From the NCBI GenBank assembly GCA_041482195.1, contig JBGPDH010000002.1, positions 1 to 41,895 of the forward strand: a stretch of DNA of 41,895 nucleotides. Reading direction: 5' to 3'. Of the stretch, positions 25,230 through 35,204 are shown one piece after another; within the stretch, counting starts at the first letter, position 1; every line of letters begins with the position of its first letter. The translations under genes were made by a program, and so were the position numbers. Source of the DNA: Verrucomicrobiia bacterium (GTDB lineage: Bacteria > Verrucomicrobiota > Verrucomicrobiia > Limisphaerales > UBA11358). The notes beneath the pieces are model-generated. The model had not been told where the DNA came from and ran no database searches. It worked only from the letters and a program-made list of their open reading frames with translations.

Positions 25230-25277
25230 ACGCGGCTCAACTAACCCGAAAATCGTTCTGTGCCGCAAGCACAATTT

Positions 25278-27371
25278 TTAGATTTTTTCAAACGCGGTGA
25301 CCGGAGTCCGGGTTACCAGGGCCCGCGCCTGGCGGATCAAATCCAGATCGTCTGCCAGGTTGCCGAAACGAAAACGCGGCAAGCCGCTCTGCCGCTGCCC
25401 CAGCAATTCGCCCGGCCCGCGCAACCGCAAATCCATTTCGGCGATGCGAAAGCCGTCCGTGGTCTCCGCCAGCACCCGGAGCCGGGCGCGGGCCTCGTCG
25501 GTTCTGGCATCGGAAATCAAAATGCAAAAGCTCGCGTGGGCACCCCGCCCGATGCGCCCGCGCAACTGATGCAACTGCGCCAGACCGAATTGCTCGGCAT
25601 TTTCAACCAGCAGAAGCGTGGCGTTCGGCACGTCCAGCCCCACCTCAATCAATGCCGTGGCGACCAACGCCTGGACGTGGTTGGTACGGAAGGCCGCCAT
25701 CACTTCCTCCTTTTGCCGGCCAGGCAAACGCCCATGCAACAATCCGGCACGATAGGGGGCAAGCGTGCGTTGGATGTTCTCGAATTCCCGGGTCACTGCC
25801 TTGATGTCGCCGGCTGTGTCCTGTTCCTCAACGCGCGGATAAACCACATAGACCTGACGGCCGGCGGCCAGTTTTTCACGGACAAATTCCCAGACCTGCG
25901 GAAGCTTGTCGGTTCCCCGCACGAACGTCTTCACGCGTCCGCGTCCGGCCGGGAGTTCATCGATTACCGAAACATCCAAATCGCCATACAGCGTCAACCC
26001 CAGCGTGCGTGGAATCGGGGTGGCCGTCAGCACCAGCAGGTGGGGATAATTTCCTTTTCGGAGCAATTGTTCGCGTTGCACCACGCCGAATTTGTGCTGC
26101 TCGTCAATGATGACCAGGCCGAGTCCTGGCAGGACGAAGTCGCCGGTGAGCAATGCATGCGTGCCGATGAAAAGGTTGACCGGTGACGAGTGACGGGTGA
26201 CATGATTTGCCGGTGGGGAGTTCTGGTCACTTGTCACAGGCCACTGGTCATCAGCTGTCTTGTGGCTTCCGGTCTGGAGTTCAACCCGGATCTCCAGCGG
26301 TTCAAACCACTTTTGGAAATTGCGGAAATGCTGTTCGGCCAGGATTTCCGTCGGCGCCATGAGCGCCACGTTGTAACCGCTTTCCAGCGCCATCAAAGCC
26401 GTGCAGCCGGCCACAACGGTCTTCCCCGACCCGACGTCTCCTTGCAGCAGGCGACGCATCGGGTGCGCACCCCTCATGTCCGCGCGGATTTCGCGGAGCA
26501 CGCCCGTCTGCGCACGGGTGAGCTGGAAAGCGAGCCGGGTGAGAAATGGTTTCATCAGGCGGTTATTGCCGCCGCAAGGCAGTCCGCGCGCTTTCGCCTC
26601 AAAATGTTTCCGGCGTGACCGGATTTCGAGTTGTAGCGCGATAAATTCATCCAGCGCCAGGCGTCGCCGCGCGATTTCCAGATCGGTCAATTCTTCGGGA
26701 AAATGCACCATCCGGATCGCGTTGGCGCGGGCGGGAAAAAGCTTCGGGTCGGGCGCCGGTTTCGGTTCGGCAATTTGCGATTGAAATGTTTCCAGCGTCC
26801 GCCAGATGAACCCGCGCAGCCAGCGTTGGGGCAGACCTTCTGTCAGCGGATAAATCGGTGCGATGCGATTGATGTGGATGAAGTTTTCTCCGCCGCCTTC
26901 GACGACTTCGGTTTCGGGGTGATCCATCGTGCGCGGTTTGGTTTCGACGAGCTTGCCGAAAACAAAAACCTCGTCGCCCACCGCGAAAAACTTCTCCATG
27001 AACGGCAGGTTCCACCAGCGGCAATGCAGTCGCGCCGAACCGTCATCGAGAACAAATTCAAAAACGGACTTCCTTCCGCCGCGAAAACGCCTGAGTCCCT
27101 GGGCGACGATCGTGCCGCGGGCCGTGGCCGCTTCCTCGCGGCTCAATTCGGCAATGACGCGGAAATGCCGGCGGTCCTCATAACGTCGGGGGCGGTGCAG
27201 CAGTACATCCTCGATGGTATGAATTTCCAGGCGCGCGAACTGGGCGGCCCGTTCTGCGCCGACGCCCCGGAGCGAAGTGACCGGCCTGCGCAACGCGGGC
27301 GTGGCTTCGTCCCGGCTGGGCGGGACTGCCAGCGGTGCATTTGTGGATTCCAACGGCGCCATCGGACGCAC
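25278..27371 (-). CDS. recG: ATP-dependent DNA helicase RecG
   Basis: 697 aa. It has a wedge domain and SF2 helicase motifs: GDVGSGKTVVA, MAPTEILAEQH, VIIDEQHKFGV, LTATPIPRTL and QLHQLRGRIGRG. It contains an atypical 24-codon palindrome-encoded segment; see 26178-26249. Confidence 0.95.
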   Translation of the reverse strand: MRPMAPLESTNAPLAVPPSRDEATPALRRPVTSLRGVGAERAAQFARLEIHTIEDVLLHRPRRYEDRRHFRVIAELSREEAATARGTIVAQGLRRFRGGRKSVFEFVLDDGSARLHCRWWNLPFMEKFFAVGDEVFVFGKLVETKPRTMDHPETEVVEGGGENFIHINRIAPIYPLTEGLPQRWLRGFIWRTLETFQSQIAEPKPAPDPKLFPARANAIRMVHFPEELTDLEIARRRLALDEFIALQLEIRSRRKHFEAKARGLPCGGNNRLMKPFLTRLAFQLTRAQTGVLREIRADMRGAHPMRRLLQGDVGSGKTVVAGCTALMALESGYNVALMAPTEILAEQHFRNFQKWFEPLEIRVELQTGSHKTADDQWPVTSDQNSPPANHVTRHSSPVNLFIGTHALLTGDFVLPGLGLVIIDEQHKFGVVQREQLLRKGNYPHLLVLTATPIPRTLGLTLYGDLDVSVIDELPAGRGRVKTFVRGTDKLPQVWEFVREKLAAGRQVYVVYPRVEEQDTAGDIKAVTREFENIQRTLAPYRAGLLHGRLPGRQKEEVMAAFRTNHVQALVATALIEVGLDVPNATLLLVENAEQFGLAQLHQLRGRIGRGAHASFCILISDARTDEARARLRVLAETTDGFRIAEMDLRLRGPGELLGQRQSGLPRFRFGNLADDLDLIRQARALVTRTPVTAFEKI
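26178..26249. repeat. 72-bp imperfect palindrome occupying exactly 24 codons of recG
   Basis: The left arm is GACCGGTGACGAGTGACGGGTGAC (26178-26201). The reverse complement of the right arm is GACCAGTGGCCTGTGACAAGTGAC (26226-26249). 18 of 24 positions are complementary and the loop is 24 nt. It translates (minus strand) as DQWPVTSDQNSPPANHVTRHSSPV. Confidence 0.75.
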
Positions 27372-27440
27372 GATACAAACCGTTCAGCGCGGCTTCAACG
27401 GGAAAGGAACAGGCGAACCGGCTGCTCCGCCCGGCCACCA

Positions 27441-28229
27441 TTAAACTTCAATCACGGTGACTTCCGGACGGCAATTAAACCGCAGGTCGAAATAATACCA
27501 GCCGATGCCCGGATTTACATGAAGCGGGCCGGAGGGAGTTTGAAACAGACCAAGATCATACTGGTCCACGCCGTACGGCAGTGCCAGGGCCCCATAAAAC
27601 GGGACGCGCACCTGCCCGCCGTGCGAATGACCGGCCAGCACCAGATCGAACCGGCGGTCACCCTGCTGCTTTATCCATGCCGGATAGTGCATCAGCAAAA
27701 CGGTTTTGGCATCGGGATTCAAGGGTGGAGGAACGTCGTAAATAGTCCGGCAGGTCATGCCCACCAGATTGATTTTCCCGCCGGCCACGGTCTGTTGCTC
27801 ATCGAGTAACCAGGCACCACCGTTAGCCGCAAAGGCCTGGCCGATGGCCGCAAACGACGCGCCGCTCCAGTAATCATGATTCCCGGGCACGCCAAACAGC
27901 GGCGATTGGATGCCGGAAAGAATTTCCAGCGCCTCCGGCAGGAACCGGGCGTTTTCGATTATATCGCCCGTGAAGCAGACCAGGTCCGGCGAGAAGGAGT
28001 TGATGATTTGCACGACCGATTCCGCATAGGCGCGGTCACCCTTGTAATGCAAATCAGTGAAATGAACGAGGCGGACAACGGGCGGGCCGTCGCCAATCCG
28101 CAGGTGCCGGACTTTCAACCAGGTGGGTTCAAGCCAACTGGCATCCGCCACGGTGGCCAACGGCGCCCCGGCGCAGGCCGCACCGAGCGTCAGCAGGAAG
28201 CGGCGGCGGCTGAATCTGGTCAATTTCAT
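27441..28229 (-). CDS. metallophosphoesterase (calcineurin-like) with twin-arginine signal
   Basis: Track ORF trimmed to ATG 28229 (MKLTRFSRRRFLLTLGAACAGAPLA). It has the phosphoesterase motifs HFTDLHY, TGDIIE, GNHD and AGHSHGG. Confidence 0.85.
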   Translation of the reverse strand: MKLTRFSRRRFLLTLGAACAGAPLATVADASWLEPTWLKVRHLRIGDGPPVVRLVHFTDLHYKGDRAYAESVVQIINSFSPDLVCFTGDIIENARFLPEALEILSGIQSPLFGVPGNHDYWSGASFAAIGQAFAANGGAWLLDEQQTVAGGKINLVGMTCRTIYDVPPPLNPDAKTVLLMHYPAWIKQQGDRRFDLVLAGHSHGGQVRVPFYGALALPYGVDQYDLGLFQTPSGPLHVNPGIGWYYFDLRFNCRPEVTVIEV

Positions 28230-28368
28230 TGGTGCTTTTGACGCCTCGACCAAAGTCACCTGTCGGCGGGAATTGCGCCTGGCATCGTTTCGCGTTAGCT
28301 TGGACGCCGTGCCCGGGAATTCCGTTCAACCCAGAACTTCGCCGCTGCTGCTGCTGTTGCGGGTCAAT

Positions 28369-30027
28369 ATGCTTCAAACCTGGCGGCGGCTGTTGTCATT
28401 GCGGAACCAATCGCAGTTGCTCACGAGTGTCATCGTTTTCTTTGTCGTCGGTTATCTCGTGTTGTCGTTCTGGCTGTTTTATCACGCGTTGTGGTTTGTC
28501 GCCCGGTTCCCCGGTTTGGGCGCGGTGCTGACCGAACGTTTGATGTACACCTTGTTCGCCTTTCTCTTCGCGTTGTTGCTGTTGAGCAACCTGGTGATCA
28601 GCTACACCAACCTGTTCCGCAATCGTGAAACCCTCTTCTTGCTCACACTGCCGGTCCCGACCCAGACCATCTTCCGCTGGAAATTTATTGAATCGGTGCT
28701 GTTGGCGTCCTGGGCATTTATCTTTCTGATTGCGCCGTTACTGGTGGCGTTCGGACTGGTACGCGGCGCGCCGTGGCATTTTTATGCCATCACCCTGGTG
28801 CTGATTGTATTGTTCATTGTATTACCGGGGGTCGCCGGTGCCTGGCTGGCAATTCTGGTGGGACGATTTCTGGATCGCCGCAGTTTTCAAATAACGATTG
28901 TGACCACGGGCATCGTCCTGCTGGCGGTGGTTGCGTTCTGGTGGAAGGCGCAACCGGCCACGAATGCCTTGCTCGGGGAGCGGACCCTCGTGGCGTTGGA
29001 TCAATTGCTGGCGAAGACCCGCTTCACCATGTTTCCGTTCCTGCCCAGCTACTGGCTGTCGGCGGCCGTTCTGCAATGGGCGGAAGGCATCCCGCGCGGC
29101 GCCGTGTTCTTCGCACTGGTCCTGTTGAGCTACACCCTCTTCTTCGGCAGCCTGGCTTTCACCCGGCTGGGCGACGTCTTTTACAACACCGCGTCTGCCG
29201 TTCAAAGCCGGGCGCAGCGAGGGAGCCAGGGCGGCTTGGTTCGACTTCAACCCGGATCGGTCAATGCGCCGGGCTGGCTGGAAAAATTGTTGGGCCTGCT
29301 CTTCTGGCTCAGCCGGGACGGCCGTGCCGTGGCCATTAAAGACATCCGCATGTTCTGGCGCGACACAACACAATGGGGGCAATCGGTGATGCTGTTCGGA
29401 CTCCTGGGCGTGTATATTATCAACCTCCGGAATTTTACCCACGAGTTGAACAGCGCCTTTTGGATCAACCTCATCGCCTTCCTGAATCTGGGGGTTTGCG
29501 CGTTAAACCTTGCTTCCGTGACCACCCGGTTTGTATTCCCGCAATTTTCGCTCGAAGGCCGACGCCTTTGGATCGTCGGCATGGCCCCCATGGGCCTGCA
29601 ACGCGTGGTCATTACCAAATTCTGGCTGGCCGGCGCGCTCTCGTTCGTGGTGACCTCGGGCCTGATCATGCTTTCCTGTTATCTGCTGAAAATGAGCTGG
29701 GACCGGGTGGCCTTTTTCGGCGCGGTGGCCACCATCATGACCTTCGCCCTCAACGGCCTGGCGGTCGGATTGGGTGTGTTGTTTCCGAATTTGAAAGAGG
29801 CCAATCCCAACAAGATTGTCAGCGGCTTTGGCGGCACGCTCTGTTTCGTGTTGAGTTCCGTCTATATCCTCGCCTCCGTGCTGTTGCTGGTTTTTGCCGC
29901 CAGCGGCTGGCACGGGCGGGCGATCTGGACCACCGAAGGCATCAGTGCCTTCGTGTTGCTGTCCTTTCTGATCGGCTGGCTCCCGCTGAAATTAGGCCTG
30001 CGGCAACTGAAGAACTTCGAAGTGTGA
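28369..30027 (+). CDS. polytopic membrane protein, putative ABC-exporter-type permease (no ATPase partner nearby)
   Basis: Track ORF 28123-30027, trimmed to ATG 28369 because the upstream part is antisense to the phosphoesterase gene. The protein has about 12 hydrophobic helices in two similar halves (...LFRNRETLFLLTLPVP... and ...IKDIRMFWRDTTQWGQ...). The family assignment is tentative. Confidence 0.6.
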   Translation: MLQTWRRLLSLRNQSQLLTSVIVFFVVGYLVLSFWLFYHALWFVARFPGLGAVLTERLMYTLFAFLFALLLLSNLVISYTNLFRNRETLFLLTLPVPTQTIFRWKFIESVLLASWAFIFLIAPLLVAFGLVRGAPWHFYAITLVLIVLFIVLPGVAGAWLAILVGRFLDRRSFQITIVTTGIVLLAVVAFWWKAQPATNALLGERTLVALDQLLAKTRFTMFPFLPSYWLSAAVLQWAEGIPRGAVFFALVLLSYTLFFGSLAFTRLGDVFYNTASAVQSRAQRGSQGGLVRLQPGSVNAPGWLEKLLGLLFWLSRDGRAVAIKDIRMFWRDTTQWGQSVMLFGLLGVYIINLRNFTHELNSAFWINLIAFLNLGVCALNLASVTTRFVFPQFSLEGRRLWIVGMAPMGLQRVVITKFWLAGALSFVVTSGLIMLSCYLLKMSWDRVAFFGAVATIMTFALNGLAVGLGVLFPNLKEANPNKIVSGFGGTLCFVLSSVYILASVLLLVFAASGWHGRAIWTTEGISAFVLLSFLIGWLPLKLGLRQLKNFEV

Positions 30028-30049
30028 CCGGGTTGCTCAAACGGACCGT

Positions 30050-30697
30050 TCAGGCCAGCGCCAGCTTTTCCAGCGCATCAAACAGCTTCGGCGGGTCCGC
30101 CAGATGCACATGACTGCCGCGGGTGACCAACCCGAAACCTTCCCCGTAGGCCGGGCCGTTCGCCACACACGCATCCGTCAGGCACCGGGTGAGTTGTTGT
30201 TGGGCCGCGCGAACCGCCTCCGGACGCTTGCCGTCCGCTTCAAATTTCCAGCCCACCAGCCGGGCGGACGGGAACCAGGCGCGCAGTTCGGCGATGATTT
30301 TTGGCGTTGGCAGGAGTTCCACCAGCAGCGTGCCTTCCCCGGTGGGAATTTTTTTCGATTTGATCTCCGTCAACTTGCCGTGCGGCGACTTCAATTGAAC
30401 CCGGCCGAAACGAAAGTCGCTGACGGCTGCCGTGTGAAAAAGAGCATTCGTCTTTTTGCCGGACAGCGCCTGCAATTTGTCCCGCAAATTGGTGGTCGTG
30501 GTGAAGACTTCCACCTGCTGGGCCCGGCGTTCGCCGCCGTACGTGGCCTGCGCGCTGAGGAGCAGAACCACCTGGTGACCGCGCGCCACCAGGAAATTGG
30601 CCAGTTCCGTACCCAGGCGGCCGGTTGAAAAATTCGTGAGCCGGCGCACTTCATCGAGCGGTTCATACGTCGGGCCGGCGGTGACAATAAAGTTCAT
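30050..30697 (-). CDS. stand-alone CoaB-like phosphopantothenate-cysteine ligase domain protein
   Basis: 215 aa. The N-terminus MNFIVTAGPTYEPLDEVRRLTNFSTGRLGTELA matches the CoaB signature (TAGPTxExIDxVRxIxNxSSGxxG). No CoaC domain is attached. Confidence 0.7.
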   Translation of the reverse strand: MNFIVTAGPTYEPLDEVRRLTNFSTGRLGTELANFLVARGHQVVLLLSAQATYGGERRAQQVEVFTTTTNLRDKLQALSGKKTNALFHTAAVSDFRFGRVQLKSPHGKLTEIKSKKIPTGEGTLLVELLPTPKIIAELRAWFPSARLVGWKFEADGKRPEAVRAAQQQLTRCLTDACVANGPAYGEGFGLVTRGSHVHLADPPKLFDALEKLALA

Positions 30698-30970
30698 TTC
30701 AAAGTCCCAGCTTTGACCGGTTCAAAGCGGACAGCAAGCCAAAGCCGGACCCATTTTCTCGACACTTTCGTCGGCGTCGGCGTTCAATCAGCAGCTAAAG
30801 CCTCGATTCCGCCGGAAGCGTGTGCCACAATGGGGCATGCGGAGAAGCCGGGATTCAGATTATTACCATTGTTTAGAATTACATTTCCTGCCTGATTTGG
30901 ATACCGTACATGCCTGCCTCAAAACGAGTCACAACCACGTTCGTCGGATGATTTCGCCAGCCCCTATTTT

Positions 30971-32902
30971 ATGAGTAAAATCGTCGGCATCGACCTGGGC
31001 ACCACCAATTCACTCGTCGCCACGGTGGATTCAGGTATCCCGTTCGTCATCGCCGATGCCAATGGACAACGGCTCACGCCGTCCGTAGTCCATTTTCCGG
31101 CAGCGGGTGCGGAGCCATGGGTGGGCCTGGAAGCCCTGCGGGTGCGTGTCCTCAAGCCGGCGGAAACGATTTATTCCGTGAAACGATTCATCGGCCGGCG
31201 TAACGCGGACATTGCCCGGGAAGAAATGCTGGTGACGTATCCGGTCAAAGGCAATGAGGCCGGCGCAGTAACGATCCCGATCCACGGCAGAAACTTTTCG
31301 CCGGAGGAAATTTCCGCCGAGGTCTTGAAAAAATTGAAGCGCGACGCGGAAGCTTATCTGGGCGAACCGGTCGGGCGTGCGGTCATCACCGTGCCGGCGT
31401 ATTTCAACGACGCCCAGCGCAACGCCACCAAGCGGGCCGGGGAACTGGCCGGCTTCACCGTCGAACGCATCCTCAACGAACCAACCGCCGCCGCCCTGGC
31501 GTATGGCCTGGATAAGCTGAAGGAAAAATCCAAAATCGCGGTTTACGATCTGGGCGGTGGCACCTTTGACCTCTCGATCCTGGAACTGCACGAGGGCGTC
31601 TTCCAGGTGCTCGCCACCAACGGCAACACGCGCCTGGGCGGCGAGGACCTGGACCGGAGGCTCGTTGACTTCCTCGTGGAAGCGATAACGCGTTTGAGCG
31701 TTGAAACGGGGCACGCTTCCACGCTTCAACCCTTTAACGCTTCAACGCTGTCCCGAATTCGCGAAGCGGCGGAAGCGGCCAAAATCGGATTATCCACGGA
31801 AACCGAAGTTGAAATCACACTGCCGTTTCTCACGCCGGATTTCAGTTTCAGCTCCAAACTCACGCGTACCGAACTGGAAAATCTCACGCGCGATCTCATT
31901 GCCCGCACCCGGCCGCATTGCCTCCGTGCCCTGGCCGACGCGAAGGTCGAACCCACGGAGCTGGACCAGGTGGTCCTGGTCGGCGGCCAGACGCGGATGC
32001 CGCTGGTCCGCAAATTTGTCAGCGATTTGTTTGGCTGCGCAGAATTCGAGGAAACGCGGGGCGGCATCCGGCTCGGCAGCGATTTTCACAAATCGAAGGG
32101 CCCGCAGCTCAACACCTCCCAAAACCCGGATGAAGCCGTCGCGCTCGGGGCGGCGATCCAGGCTGAAATTCTGGCCGGTGGTTTCAAAAATGTTCTACTG
32201 CTCGATGTCACGCCGCTGTCGCTGGGCCTGGAAACCTTTGGCGGCCTGATGAACGTCCTGATTCCACGCAACTCCACGATTCCGTTGAAGGCCGGCGAGA
32301 TGTTCACGACGGCGGTGGACCACCAGCGTTCGATGCTCATCCATGTGTTGCAAGGCGAACGCGAGCGGGCCAAAGACAACTGGAGCCTGGGCCGGTTCAC
32401 CATTGAGTTCGAGCCGGCTCCGCGCGGGGTGCCGCGGGTGGGGGTACAGTTTGAAATCGACGCCAATGGCATTCTGCATGTACTCGCACGCGACGTCAAA
32501 ACCGGCCGCGAAAAAATCGTGGAAATGAAATCCGCGGTGGACGTGGACGACACGGCCGTACAGCAAATGGTTGAGGAATCCGTCGAACATGCTTTCACGG
32601 ATCTGGCCACGCGCCGCTGGGTTGAGGCCAAATTGCGTGCGACCGAGACGCTCGCCGCCACCCGCAAAGCGCTGACGGACTGTGCCGGCGAAATGGCCGC
32701 CGATTATCGCGCGGAGATTGAAGCCGCCGCGCGCCAGGTGGAATCGGTTCTGGCCACAGAAAAACCGGAGACCGGGTCGGGCGATTTGAAGCAGTTGCAG
32801 GCGGCCCTCGCGGCCCTGGACGATATCACCCGGCCACTGGCGGAAACGTTAATGGACAGAGCGATGGAAGCGATGCTGCGCAAGCGCGGCGTGATTCAGT
32901 GA
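30971..32902 (+). CDS. Hsp70-family chaperone (DnaK paralog, HscA-like)
   Basis: 643 aa. It has [51 protein letters not shown] and [14 protein letters not shown]. No dnaJ, grpE or hscB gene is adjacent. Confidence 0.9.
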   Translation: MSKIVGIDLGTTNSLVATVDSGIPFVIADANGQRLTPSVVHFPAAGAEPWVGLEALRVRVLKPAETIYSVKRFIGRRNADIAREEMLVTYPVKGNEAGAVTIPIHGRNFSPEEISAEVLKKLKRDAEAYLGEPVGRAVITVPAYFNDAQRNATKRAGELAGFTVERILNEPTAAALAYGLDKLKEKSKIAVYDLGGGTFDLSILELHEGVFQVLATNGNTRLGGEDLDRRLVDFLVEAITRLSVETGHASTLQPFNASTLSRIREAAEAAKIGLSTETEVEITLPFLTPDFSFSSKLTRTELENLTRDLIARTRPHCLRALADAKVEPTELDQVVLVGGQTRMPLVRKFVSDLFGCAEFEETRGGIRLGSDFHKSKGPQLNTSQNPDEAVALGAAIQAEILAGGFKNVLLLDVTPLSLGLETFGGLMNVLIPRNSTIPLKAGEMFTTAVDHQRSMLIHVLQGERERAKDNWSLGRFTIEFEPAPRGVPRVGVQFEIDANGILHVLARDVKTGREKIVEMKSAVDVDDTAVQQMVEESVEHAFTDLATRRWVEAKLRATETLAATRKALTDCAGEMAADYRAEIEAAARQVESVLATEKPETGSGDLKQLQAALAALDDITRPLAETLMDRAMEAMLRKRGVIQ

Positions 32903-33639
32903 CCAAACAACCACGCCAGTAACGGAGCGACGGCAAGACCCGGCAGATAATTGGCCAGTTCGACTTTGCGAACCTGAAAAATCACCAGGGCCACGCCACA
33001 GGAGATGAATCCCACGACGATATTGACGGAATTGACCAAATCAGCTCCGCCCGGGGTGTGGCCCGCGAGGAGGGGAACCGCATCAACGCGACACACAAAA
33101 GTAATTGCACTCAGGAAGAGGAAAACCGGAAACGCTGACAGGGCTGCGGGCCAGCCCAAAGTCTTCACGGAACCCAGTGTCGCCAGACCATCCATGGCGG
33201 CTTTGACTGCCAGCAGATAACAGTAGCCGGACATTCCGTCGGCCACCGCCCCAATCAAGCCCAAAGGCGCGACGCAGAAAAGGATGGTGCACGCAGCGAA
33301 GCCATGAGCCAGGTTGCGCGGTGACGGGGACGAGAGGACATTCCCCGCGTAACGGCCCAACTGATTCGAAATCTTCTGCAACCCCAGCAGCTGGCCCAGC
33401 AGCTTGCCGATAATCATCGCGAGCAGGGCGATGAAAATCTGTTTCAATACGGAGGAAAAAGCACCATCGACACTCAGCCAGACAAGATGCAGGCCGATGA
33501 AAACGGTGAGCACACCGAGGATCGAACGGAAGAAAAACTGGGTGCGGAGGGACAGAGGCCGGCGCAAGGCCAGCCCGAATAATGCGCCGATAAGAATACC
33601 CAAAGCATTGAGAAACGCGCCGGTCACACCCCGACTCAA
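32896..33639 (-). CDS. DUF554-family membrane protein
   Basis: 247 aa and polytopic. The N-terminus [18 protein letters not shown] and the overall pattern resemble YdfK/YqgA-type DUF554 proteins. The start is uncertain (TTG 33639 or GTG 33627). Its 3' end overlaps the convergent Hsp70 gene by 7 nt. Confidence 0.65.
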   Translation of the reverse strand: MSRGVTGAFLNALGILIGALFGLALRRPLSLRTQFFFRSILGVLTVFIGLHLVWLSVDGAFSSVLKQIFIALLAMIIGKLLGQLLGLQKISNQLGRYAGNVLSSPSPRNLAHGFAACTILFCVAPLGLIGAVADGMSGYCYLLAVKAAMDGLATLGSVKTLGWPAALSAFPVFLFLSAITFVCRVDAVPLLAGHTPGGADLVNSVNIVVGFISCGVALVIFQVRKVELANYLPGLAVAPLLAWLFGH

Positions 33640-33709
33640 TCATCGTCCCCGCAAAGTGCAAGCCGGAAAATTTTTGCGCGCGTGCCTCCGGCCTGCTACT
33701 CAAAGGCCG

Positions 33710-35014
33710 ATGACCGGCACGAAACCGACCTCCCGCAGCCCTTGGTCTTGGATTCCAACGGTGTATTTCGCCGAGGGGATGCCGAATGCACTGGTCGCGA
33801 CCGTATCGGTGCTGCTTTATAGCGACCTCGGCGTCTCGAACGCGGCGACGGCATTCTACACCAGCCTGCTTTACCTGCCCTGGGTGATCAAACCGCTGTG
33901 GAGTCCGGCGGTGGACATTTTGAAGACCCGACGGCACTGGATCTGGACGACGCAATTATTTCTGGGCGCCGTGCTCGCCGGCGTGGCCGCCATGATCCCG
34001 TCACCCCATTTCATCCAATGGACCATCGTCTTTTTTGGGTTGCTGGCGTTCAGCTCCGCCACGCATGACATCGCGGCGGACGGATTTTACATCCTGGCCA
34101 ACACAGAGCATCAGCAGTCGTTTTTCATCGGCTGGCGCAGCATTTTTTTTAACGTCGGAAAAATCGCGGCCCAGGGCGGATTGATTTTCCTCGCCGGCAG
34201 ACTGGCGAGACAGACCGGCAATCCGGCGCTGGCGTGGTCATCCGTGTTCGCCATCGGCGCGTTGATTTTTTTCTGCCTCGCCGCCTACCATCGATTCGTT
34301 TTGCCCCGGCCGGCGGTGGACCAGCCCAAACCCATTCCCGCGAGAGAGAATTTCCTGGATGCATTTCTGGTAACGTTCGCGGCATTTTTTCAAAAGAAAA
34401 AAATCATTTTGCCGCTGCTTTTCATATTGCTGTATCGGCTCGGCGAGGCGCAATTGATAAAAATAATTCCCCTTTTCCTGCATGCCCCGCCAGCCGGCGG
34501 CGGGCTGGGACTCGATGATGAACACATTTCTGAAATTTATGGCACCTCCGGCGTCATCGCCTTCATGGGTGGCGCCTTGCTGGGCGGGTCCGTGGTCGCC
34601 CGGCACGGACTGAAATTCTGGCTCTGGCCGATGTTGCTGGCGATTCATCTGCCGGACGCGGTATTTATCTGGCTGGCGTACGGGCAGCCGGAAAACCTGT
34701 ATACCATCGGTGCGGGGGTTGCCGTGGAACAATTCGGCTACGGATTCGGTTTCACCGCGCTGCTGCTCTACATGATTTATATCGCGCGCGGCGAACATGC
34801 CACGGCGCACTATGCTATTTGCACCGGTTTCATGGCGCTGGGGATGATGCTGCCGGGCCTGTGGAGCGGCCAATTGCAGGAAATTCTGGGTTACAAACAC
34901 TTTTTTATCTGGGTAATTCTGGCGACCATTCCCAGTTTCATCGTGGCGGCCAAAATCCCGCTGGACCCGGAATTTGGACGACGCACACGGGCTGAATCCT
35001 CTGTCAGCTCATGA
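33710..35014 (+). CDS. ampG: AmpG-family muropeptide MFS permease
   Basis: Track ORF 33404-35014, trimmed to ATG 33710 because the upstream part is antisense to the DUF554 gene. PWSWIPTVYFAEGMPNALV...LLYLPWVIKPLWSPAVD is the AmpG N-terminal signature. Confidence 0.8.
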   Translation: MTGTKPTSRSPWSWIPTVYFAEGMPNALVATVSVLLYSDLGVSNAATAFYTSLLYLPWVIKPLWSPAVDILKTRRHWIWTTQLFLGAVLAGVAAMIPSPHFIQWTIVFFGLLAFSSATHDIAADGFYILANTEHQQSFFIGWRSIFFNVGKIAAQGGLIFLAGRLARQTGNPALAWSSVFAIGALIFFCLAAYHRFVLPRPAVDQPKPIPARENFLDAFLVTFAAFFQKKKIILPLLFILLYRLGEAQLIKIIPLFLHAPPAGGGLGLDDEHISEIYGTSGVIAFMGGALLGGSVVARHGLKFWLWPMLLAIHLPDAVFIWLAYGQPENLYTIGAGVAVEQFGYGFGFTALLLYMIYIARGEHATAHYAICTGFMALGMMLPGLWSGQLQEILGYKHFFIWVILATIPSFIVAAKIPLDPEFGRRTRAESSVSS

Positions 35015-35204
35015 AGAGCCTTTTCCAGAAGCACCGGCAGGGACCAGGAGGGTGAAACGCCCGGCCACGGTGAGTTCACCGGTTTATGCGTTCTCGCGTT
35101 TTCTGCTTCTTCACCACCGGGATTTCCACCGTGGAATACTTTGAAATCCGCGTTGAAAAAGAATTGCATTGAACGCCGCAAGTTTTCCAGAATCCAAGTT
35201 TGCA

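Noticed and set aside
31700-31750. Repeated word ACGCTTCAAC (twice) and a partial dyad with AGCGTTGAAACG inside the Hsp70 gene, suggesting another in-frame repeat element.
   Set aside because: The encoded segment ([22 protein letters not shown]) is about as long as the corresponding DnaK linker. There is no clear insertion, and the symmetry is short.
35124-35136. The 13-bp palindrome TTCCACCGTGGAA, inside a GGATTTC...GAAATCC stem upstream of the sulfatase gene, as a possible operator.
   Set aside because: It is a single short dyad with no second copy in the window. It cannot be distinguished from chance without comparative data.
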